From the NCBI GenBank assembly GCA_016779705.1, contig JADHNB010000003.1, positions 1 through 46,182 of the forward strand: a stretch of 46,182 nucleotides of DNA, in the 5' to 3' direction. The first letter of the stretch is position 1; every line of letters starts with the position of its first letter. The notes under the pieces are model-generated. The model was not told the DNA's origin. It was given only the letters and a program-made list of their open reading frames with translations, and did not search any database. Shown here in pieces: positions 35,490 to 42,148 of the stretch. The position numbers were made by a program, and so were the translations under genes. Origin of the DNA: Poseidonia sp. GTDB taxonomy: Archaea > Thermoplasmatota > Poseidoniia > Poseidoniales > Poseidoniaceae.

Positions 35490-36674
35490 ATGTCCTGGCA
35501 GTCCATCCTTGAACGTCAAGCGTCTTGGTCACAGGCCACGGCCGCTTCCCTGCGCTTGACGGTGGATGAGGCGGTGGTGCTCTACGATGAGGCACCCCTT
35601 CATGCGTTGATGCAGGCGGCCCATCAGCGGCGAATGCAGATGGTTCCAGGTGGATACGTGACCTATTTGGTGGATCGAAACATCAATTACACCAATGTTT
35701 GTACCATCAACTGCCAGTTCTGTTCGTTTTACCGCCCCCCTGGTCATGACGAGACCTACACTCAAACCTACGAAGAGATTTCCAATCGAGTGCGAGAATT
35801 GGAGGCCATCGGTGGTTCTCGAATTCTTATGCAAGGAGGGGTGAATCCCGCCTTGCCCATCACATGGTACCTTGACCTGCTTCGGTACCTTCGTCAACAT
35901 CATCCCTCCATTGCGCTGGACTGTTTCAGTCCCATTGAAATTGAAGGGGTCGCCGAGGTGTGTGGATTAACGACGCTTGAAGTGCTCTCGAGTTTCAAGG
36001 AATCTGGCATGCACGGGTTGCCCGGCGGAGGCGCTGAGATGCTGGTTGAGTCGGTGAGAAAGGATGTTTCTCCCAAAAAAGGGTCGCCCACCAATTGGCT
36101 CAAGGTGATGGAAGAAGCACAATCCTTGGGGTTAACCACGAGTGCCACGAACGTCATCGGCTTTGGTGAAAGCAACGGGGATCGCATTGAACACATGAAC
36201 CAACTTCGCATGTTGCAGGAACGCTCCCTTAACAACCACGGAAACGGTTTCACCTCGTTTATCGCTTGGCCCGTTCAATTGGAAGTCAACTCCTTTGGCC
36301 GCCGAAATCGAGGACAGAACAAGCATGAACTGGGTGCTGGTTCCTCCGAATACCTCCGTCATGTGGCTGTGGCTCGTTTGTTTTTTGACAACATTGACCA
36401 CATCCAAGCCTCTTGGCCCACGATGGGACTTCCCATCGCTCAAATGGCGCTCTTGGGAGGGGCTGACGATGCCGGTTCCACCATGATGGAAGAAAACGTT
36501 GTTTCCGCGTCCGGTACCACAAAAGTTGAAGCCCAGGAAGCCGAACTTCAGTTGGCCATTTCCAGAGCAGGGTTTGTGCCCAAGCGGCGAAACAGTGACT
36601 ACGAACTTCTTGAGACTGAACTCAACACGGCATCCGTTTCTCAACCGGTTGCGCCAACCCCTATGCAGTCGTAG
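35490..36674 (+). CDS. Radical SAM enzyme of the MqnC/MqnE/CofH family (futalosine-pathway type)
   Basis: Contains NINYTNVCTINCQFCSFYR (CxxxCxxC cluster), LMQGGVNP, GLPGGGAEML, and the C-terminal GADDAGSTMMEENVVSASG typical of this family. I cannot distinguish MqnC from MqnE or CofH by eye. Confidence 0.82.
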   Translation: MSWQSILERQASWSQATAASLRLTVDEAVVLYDEAPLHALMQAAHQRRMQMVPGGYVTYLVDRNINYTNVCTINCQFCSFYRPPGHDETYTQTYEEISNRVRELEAIGGSRILMQGGVNPALPITWYLDLLRYLRQHHPSIALDCFSPIEIEGVAEVCGLTTLEVLSSFKESGMHGLPGGGAEMLVESVRKDVSPKKGSPTNWLKVMEEAQSLGLTTSATNVIGFGESNGDRIEHMNQLRMLQERSLNNHGNGFTSFIAWPVQLEVNSFGRRNRGQNKHELGAGSSEYLRHVAVARLFFDNIDHIQASWPTMGLPIAQMALLGGADDAGSTMMEENVVSASGTTKVEAQEAELQLAISRAGFVPKRRNSDYELLETELNTASVSQPVAPTPMQS

Positions 36675-39600
36675 GACCGTAGAAAACCACCCAAACCACG
36701 GCTCGAATGTTACGTCCGCCGTTGCCGATTCCGTCGGAGGGCACATACTCTGCTCCGTTGTAATATCCTCTGTACACCAGGTGGTTGTTGGTCGTGTTAT
36801 CAACCCAATCGGTGATGTCGTATGTCCACTGTTTGACGTCTTGACCAGCGCACCAACCGGCACGACCAAACGGCCACGACCCGAACTGGTTGGCCACGAC
36901 CCCGTTGTTCACTTCGTTTTCACAACCCTCGCTGCTGTAGACGATGGGATGCCATTCGTAGGTTTGGTGACTGCCCATGGTGTAGTAGTGTTGGTGGTCA
37001 CAAAATTCTGCGCAATTCGCCGTGTCTTGATTGAATCCGTGACCGGTGATGGTGGCAACAATCTCAACACGAGTTGTGCCGGAGGGAACGGTGAAGTTGT
37101 GTTGACGATTGTACTTTGACTCGTTGTTGTATGTGCCATCAAATTGACCGCCGCTAAAGGCGTAGGTAGCGTTCGTGGACCGCTCCCCGCTTCCCCAATT
37201 GCTGAAGAGGAAGGTGACGGTGAGGTCTCCTTTGTTGGCACCTGAATACTTGAATCGGCGCTCTTCGCCATCGTTGAGCATGAACAGATACGGTGTGATG
37301 TCCGTGAGCCACATGCCCTCCCGCCCATAGGTGGTGATCCACCGGACCATTTCGGTGTTGCAGACCGAGCTGTTCGAAACATCGCACACGTAGAGGTAAG
37401 CGAGGTAGTCCCATTCGTGACACCCACCGTACGTTCCATCTGATTTTTGATAGCGGTTGGTACGCTCGTAGCACGCGTGTTCGTGGTAAACTTCGAGGGT
37501 ATCGTAGGAACTCAAAATTTCAGGGAGTTCGAAGGTGGCGTTCGTGAACGATGAATGACCTCCTCCCCACCCTCCTGTATGGCGTTGGAAATCCATGATT
37601 GAGACGGCGTGAACGCCAGGGTCCGAACTCCGAATTTTCGCTGGGAATTCGGCTACCCATTGATTGGTTTCATACGACAGGTGGTACGGGTCATTAGATT
37701 GGCTTGTCCAAGCGTAGAGGGAACCGGTTTCTCGAGCCAATTGGAAACGATCGATGCCGATGTACAACGGATTGTTGAACGAGGTGATCATGGAACCCAG
37801 TCCTCCACCGATGTTGCTTGCATCCATGTCGATGTAGTGAATTCGGTCGTCCCAATACGCTTCTTCGCTTGTGGTTAAACCGGCTAAGACGGCGTTTCGT
37901 TGTTGAACCACATCGTTGTGATAGGTGGTGTCAAACGACCCGTAGAAGAGATGCGTGTTTTCAGGAAGGTTGCGTATGAATTTACCTGGATTTTGTCCCC
38001 AGGTCGCTCCATTGCTGCTTCCACCCGAGTTGGTGTATTTGAACATGAAAAAGTAGACATCATGGCCCGTCCAACGGTCTTTGAAATTGAACGAGCCGTT
38101 CAACGTGGGGACGGAGAATTGTGGGACGATTTGCATCGGGGCGTTCAACGATGAAGCGTCGGTCCAGTTGACGGGCAATTGAATGACGGCACAGCCAACC
38201 TGGTCCACCGTCCACCGTTCGGGTGAATTTGCACAAGCGTCAACGTTGGCAAACACGCCGTCTCCATCAATGTCTGCACACCCCGCTGCGTTGACCACCA
38301 AGCCCGAAGGTGTGCCTTCGCATTGGTCTGTGAAGTCGTTGACACCGTCTTGGTCAGTGTCTCGTTCGACGGCTGCGCAACCGTGTTCATTCACGTCCAA
38401 ACTGCCCAACGGCGTTTGTGGGCACAGGTCCAAGGTTGAACCGGTGGCATTGACATCGTTGACACCGTCGTTATCGTCATCTTCGTCTTCCGTTGCGTCT
38501 TGACATCCATCGTTGTCCCAATCGTTGGCGGTCGTGGAAGACCATCCCGCAACCCCTTTCGGACACCGGTCAACGGTGTCGTTGTGATCGTCGTTATCAT
38601 CGTTGTCATCTTCATCCAAGTCGGAGCAACCGTCGTTGTCCCAATCGCTGTACCGGTTGGAATACCAACCTTTGCGGCCAACGGGGCACGAATCCTCGAC
38701 ATCCTCTACACCATCGTTGTCGTCGTCGGTGTCTTCATCCGCATCGTGGCAACCATCGTAGTCGTAATCGGCGCTTGGTGTGCTCACCCATCCGTAAGAG
38801 GTCGGGCACCCATCGTGAAGGTCAATGATGCCGTCGTTGTCGTCATCGTCGTCTTCGTCGTTGTCTCGACAACCGTCTTGGTCGCCATCCGTTGCGGGTG
38901 TTGATTGCCACCCATCGTTTGCACCGATGCCGTTGGGGCATCGATCGTTAGCGTTCTGGACGCCATCACCGTCTTCGTCATCGCCAGCCCCTTCGATGAC
39001 CACGGTCGTGGTTGCAACGTCGTTGGCCACGGTGAAGCGACCGCAGGTCGCCGTCGTGGTGATCGTATGAGATGACGTTGCCTCCGTGAAGTCAACCATC
39101 ACTTTCCATTCACCGCGGTCGTCAAGGCTTAACCCGCCAACCGTGCCGTCGGTGATTTCGTATTGAACGGTGCATGATTCAAGGTTGGCGTGGTCCACGC
39201 GTCCCTCATACCAGACCACGTTTGGTTCTTCGAGGACCAAACGAGCGGCGGTGGTGAGCACCGGCGCTGGCTCGATGGGCGCTTGGACGCTAAGGCTGAG
39301 AACAAGCGGTTGGAACTCGGGTGCCATTGCGGTGCTTCCCGTGTTTGAAAATCGAACCGAGACGATGTGATCGCCGACGGTATCTGGTACAAAGGAAAGC
39401 TGGTAGCCGTTGGAGTGTTCAATCCATTCAACCTGTGTCATCGGAGCAAAGGAAGGATTCAGAACCGAAGGCTCTGCCAGGTACGTTCCCGCTCCTTGTT
39501 GATCGACGTTCAAGATGTAAATGGCTTCCTCTCCGAGAACCATCGTTTCTGGCGCGTTCACCCACCTCGCTTCAAGGCTGTAGGTCTCCACGACGGGTTC

Positions 39601-39693
39601 GACGATGTCGGGGGCGGGCTCACTCATCCCTAAGCAACCCGATACGAGCATCAATCCGACAAAACAGAGCGCCGTCAAGCGTTGTGGCTGCAT
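36661..39693 (-). CDS. Secreted lipobox protein: Ig-like N-terminal domains, Cys-containing thrombospondin type-3 repeats, an unknown middle domain, and a C-terminal PNGase F-like domain
   Basis: Start set at ATG 39693, giving MQPQRLTALCFVGLMLVSGC (signal plus lipobox-like LVSGC). This start also clears the upstream gene, which ends at 39731. TSP3 modules have the form DxDxDGxxDxxDxCP. The C-terminal approximately 310 aa carry CHEWDYLAYLYV, RWITTYG, TITGHGF..NCAEFC and GRAGWCAGQDV, matching PNGase F strings as I recall them. Confidence 0.85.
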   Translation of the reverse strand: MQPQRLTALCFVGLMLVSGCLGMSEPAPDIVEPVVETYSLEARWVNAPETMVLGEEAIYILNVDQQGAGTYLAEPSVLNPSFAPMTQVEWIEHSNGYQLSFVPDTVGDHIVSVRFSNTGSTAMAPEFQPLVLSLSVQAPIEPAPVLTTAARLVLEEPNVVWYEGRVDHANLESCTVQYEITDGTVGGLSLDDRGEWKVMVDFTEATSSHTITTTATCGRFTVANDVATTTVVIEGAGDDEDGDGVQNANDRCPNGIGANDGWQSTPATDGDQDGCRDNDEDDDDDNDGIIDLHDGCPTSYGWVSTPSADYDYDGCHDADEDTDDDNDGVEDVEDSCPVGRKGWYSNRYSDWDNDGCSDLDEDDNDDNDDHNDTVDRCPKGVAGWSSTTANDWDNDGCQDATEDEDDDNDGVNDVNATGSTLDLCPQTPLGSLDVNEHGCAAVERDTDQDGVNDFTDQCEGTPSGLVVNAAGCADIDGDGVFANVDACANSPERWTVDQVGCAVIQLPVNWTDASSLNAPMQIVPQFSVPTLNGSFNFKDRWTGHDVYFFMFKYTNSGGSSNGATWGQNPGKFIRNLPENTHLFYGSFDTTYHNDVVQQRNAVLAGLTTSEEAYWDDRIHYIDMDASNIGGGLGSMITSFNNPLYIGIDRFQLARETGSLYAWTSQSNDPYHLSYETNQWVAEFPAKIRSSDPGVHAVSIMDFQRHTGGWGGGHSSFTNATFELPEILSSYDTLEVYHEHACYERTNRYQKSDGTYGGCHEWDYLAYLYVCDVSNSSVCNTEMVRWITTYGREGMWLTDITPYLFMLNDGEERRFKYSGANKGDLTVTFLFSNWGSGERSTNATYAFSGGQFDGTYNNESKYNRQHNFTVPSGTTRVEIVATITGHGFNQDTANCAEFCDHQHYYTMGSHQTYEWHPIVYSSEGCENEVNNGVVANQFGSWPFGRAGWCAGQDVKQWTYDITDWVDNTTNNHLVYRGYYNGAEYVPSDGIGNGGRNIRAVVWVVFYGPTTA
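38194..38982 (-). repeat. Tandem array of TSP type-3 repeat modules (about 43-aa / 129-nt period) inside the lipoprotein gene
   Basis: Protein aa 238-500. Four near-regular units [CP-x3-4-GW-x-S-x4-5-D-W/Y-D-x-DGC-x-D-x-DED-x-DDDNDG-x-x-D-x-x-D-x], followed by two or three looser units (DTDQDGVNDFTDQCEG, DIDGDGVFANVDACAN). It is visible in the DNA as recurring gtcgttgtc/atcgtcatc runs. Confidence 0.8.
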
Positions 39694-39730
39694 GGATAAA
39701 CCTCCTGTTCGTTCGCCTTCAATGTGTTGT

Positions 39731-40876
39731 TCACGAAATGTCTGATTCGGAACGGCCGTCGAAAACTGGCAAGGATTCAACGACCACCTTGGTCGGCGGG
39801 TGAGAGACACGCAGTGGCTCAACCCAGAGCAAAGGACCTCCTTTGGTTCGGTCAATACGAAGAATGCATTCCCAATGAATGCGGACCAAGTCTGAGTGAA
39901 CGCTGCCCGGCCACTCTCCTGTGGGGCAGGCCAGCGTCATGGACTTGCCCTCCGTCCACCGTTTCTGCTCCCCCATGGCCATGATGCGCATCGGTCGAAG
40001 GTACAAACCTCCCTTGACCTCTTGGAGTTCCATCGGAGCGTCCTCACCTCCGGCCGTTCCGTCGTCCAAGCCAGAAATCCAATGATGCGGGAGTTCCGTG
40101 GAGAGCCCAGGGGGTGGTTGGCGATTGGCTCCCCGTTCAAGCACCTGCAACAACGTTTCCCGAGCAGGAGGCAGCACACCAACTCGCCAAAACACATCCA
40201 CGTGGTTCCAAGTGGATGGGCGTTGATCGAGGTGCAGCGTGATTTCCAAAGGCTTGTTGGCGACGGGATTCCCTTGTATCTCAAGTTTGGGCCGTGTTGG
40301 ATGCGTGGCCAAAAACCGGTTCTGTCGGCGTAACTCAACCAAATTTGCGAGCACGCGAATGAACAGAGGCGCAAAGATGAGCGGGACCACAAAGACGGCA
40401 AGCGCAGGGTAGTCAAGCAACCCCCAACGAACCGTCTCCAACCCGTAAACGGGGAGGCCAAAAAACAACACGAGGGGGGAGATGAAGAGATAGAACAAGG
40501 CGGCTAATAGCACGATGACCACGCCGTTGATGAATTGACGCAAGACGTTGTGGACGGGATTGGGGACCAAATACCAACCCCTTCGTTGGCGGTATACCGT
40601 GTCCACAAAATCTTCTTGTTCCAAAAAAACCTCATCCACCTCGGGCTCCAATCGTTGGCCGTCGAACCAATATTCACGTTGTATGAACCACGATTCCTGT
40701 GTGCCCAAACGGAACGATGGAGCAAGGCCCTTGAGGTGGCTCATGGCTTCGTCCTGAGTTTCAAATTGACCTTTTGATAGCGTACGCTTTGCGATGGGCA
40801 GGCGTTCTGGATTCCACCTTGACGACTCAAATGGGGGATACCGGACGCTTTGAATTTCATCAAGGGACGGCATCAC
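39731..40876 (-). CDS. Hypothetical membrane protein (soluble N-terminal domain, three or four central TM helices, soluble C-terminal domain)
   Basis: 381-aa ORF located 6 nt downstream of the reductase gene on the same strand. TM helices include VVIVLLAALFYLFISPLVLFFGLPVYGL and ALAVFVVPLIFAPLFIRVLANLV. No motif was recognised. Confidence 0.6.
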   Translation of the reverse strand: MMPSLDEIQSVRYPPFESSRWNPERLPIAKRTLSKGQFETQDEAMSHLKGLAPSFRLGTQESWFIQREYWFDGQRLEPEVDEVFLEQEDFVDTVYRQRRGWYLVPNPVHNVLRQFINGVVIVLLAALFYLFISPLVLFFGLPVYGLETVRWGLLDYPALAVFVVPLIFAPLFIRVLANLVELRRQNRFLATHPTRPKLEIQGNPVANKPLEITLHLDQRPSTWNHVDVFWRVGVLPPARETLLQVLERGANRQPPPGLSTELPHHWISGLDDGTAGGEDAPMELQEVKGGLYLRPMRIMAMGEQKRWTEGKSMTLACPTGEWPGSVHSDLVRIHWECILRIDRTKGGPLLWVEPLRVSHPPTKVVVESLPVFDGRSESDIS

Positions 40877-40882
40877 AACGCC

Positions 40883-42148
40883 TCACGTCAGAAGCAACCG
40901 AACACCTGCTTTCAGAGCAAGCGGTCGGAAGGCAGGAACTTGACGAAGCAAGGCCATTCCCAGCGGGACAGGCTTCTCAATGTCGCCAATTTCGTTGATG
41001 ATCTTCAAGGTGTTGGGGTGTGCAAACGCCTTGAAATGCTTGTCGAGGGTTTCGTCTGAGCAGTCGCTCACAAGGAGGTTTCTCAGGCTTCTGGCTCGGT
41101 CTTGGTCCCGCTTCATGGCTTCCCATGGTTTCTTCGTGATGCGTTTCAATCGTTCTTCATTCAACTCGTTGGATTGAATCGCCTCGGCCAAGGGTTCAAC
41201 AATGCACTGAATTTGATGAAATCCAGGTCCGATGCCGCCACCGGTGGTGGGTTTTGCCATGCCAGCGGCATCACCCAGTAGCATGACTCGAGATTTGACC
41301 GCCTTTTTGACCATACCCGAGGGGACGGGGCCGCAATACCGGGCGACCTCTTGCACGTTCGCAAAACGGTCTCGCCACAGAGGGTGGTCCACCAGTGCTT
41401 GATAGCAAGCTTCAATGCTTCGACCATTCAATCGCTCGGCGGTTGACCAGAGTCCAATACGATGTGAACCGAAGCCTGATGGAATCACCCAAGCAAAAAA
41501 ACCAGGCGCAATTTCGGATCCACTGTACATTTCCAACCATCGGTCTCGACCTTGATAACCAACCACCTCGGTTTGAAATCCAATCATCAGTTCCTTTGGG
41601 CGTCCCATGCGAAAGGTTCGGCGGGTCCAACTGTGAGCGCCATCGGCTCCAATCAGAAGTTTACAGCGGAGCTTTACGTTCTCTCCCGAACGGTTGAGGA
41701 GGAGTTCTACCCCCCCGTCATCGGTTTTGGCTTCCTTGGCGGTGGTGGCCAGCCAGAGGTCTGAACCGCGTTCCATGGCTTGTTGCACGACGAATTGGTC
41801 AAACCGCTTTCGGCAAACAACGTACGTTCGAAGAACGCCGTCCGTGCCAACGGGTACCAAGGTTCCACTTGGACCGTGAATCAGGGCTCCGTCCACTTCT
41901 TCGAGGACCGTGTGATGAGCAGCCACAGCGTCCATGGCCGAGGGCGTCACGAGGCCGGCGCATTGAAACGGACGGCCAATTTCGTCGTGTTCTTCAATCA
42001 TCAATACCCGTAGGCCACGTTCAGCGAGCAACCAAGCCGCTCGTCCGCCAACAGGGCCTGCCCCAACAACGACCACATCGTAGTCGTAAGGCTCCATGGC
42101 AAAGGGTCGGGAGGGTTGTGTTTCAACCTTCCTTCTGTCCAGGTGCAT
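40883..42148 (-). CDS. FAD-dependent geranylgeranyl reductase family protein (archaeal lipid/prenyl reductase type)
   Basis: FAD dinucleotide-binding motif YDVVVVGAGPVGGRAAWLLAERG, then LLIGADGAHS and VMLLGDAAGMAKPTTGGGI. ATG 42148 shares one base with the topoisomerase stop (TGATG). An internal ATG at 42097 (MEPYDYDVVVVG) is an equally good start. Confidence 0.87.
   Translation of the reverse strand: MHLDRRKVETQPSRPFAMEPYDYDVVVVGAGPVGGRAAWLLAERGLRVLMIEEHDEIGRPFQCAGLVTPSAMDAVAAHHTVLEEVDGALIHGPSGTLVPVGTDGVLRTYVVCRKRFDQFVVQQAMERGSDLWLATTAKEAKTDDGGVELLLNRSGENVKLRCKLLIGADGAHSWTRRTFRMGRPKELMIGFQTEVVGYQGRDRWLEMYSGSEIAPGFFAWVIPSGFGSHRIGLWSTAERLNGRSIEACYQALVDHPLWRDRFANVQEVARYCGPVPSGMVKKAVKSRVMLLGDAAGMAKPTTGGGIGPGFHQIQCIVEPLAEAIQSNELNEERLKRITKKPWEAMKRDQDRARSLRNLLVSDCSDETLDKHFKAFAHPNTLKIINEIGDIEKPVPLGMALLRQVPAFRPLALKAGVRLLLT

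Noticed and set aside
38400-38960. Periodic short DNA repeats that might have been a CRISPR-like or satellite array
   Set aside because: The periodicity is explained by in-frame TSP3 protein modules (Asp codon runs). There are no conserved direct repeats separated by unique spacers, and the region lies inside one long ORF.
39694-39855. 54-codon upstream extension of the lipoprotein ORF
   Set aside because: It overlaps the 3' end of the upstream gene (stop at 39731). ATG 39693 yields a textbook signal peptide with a lipobox.
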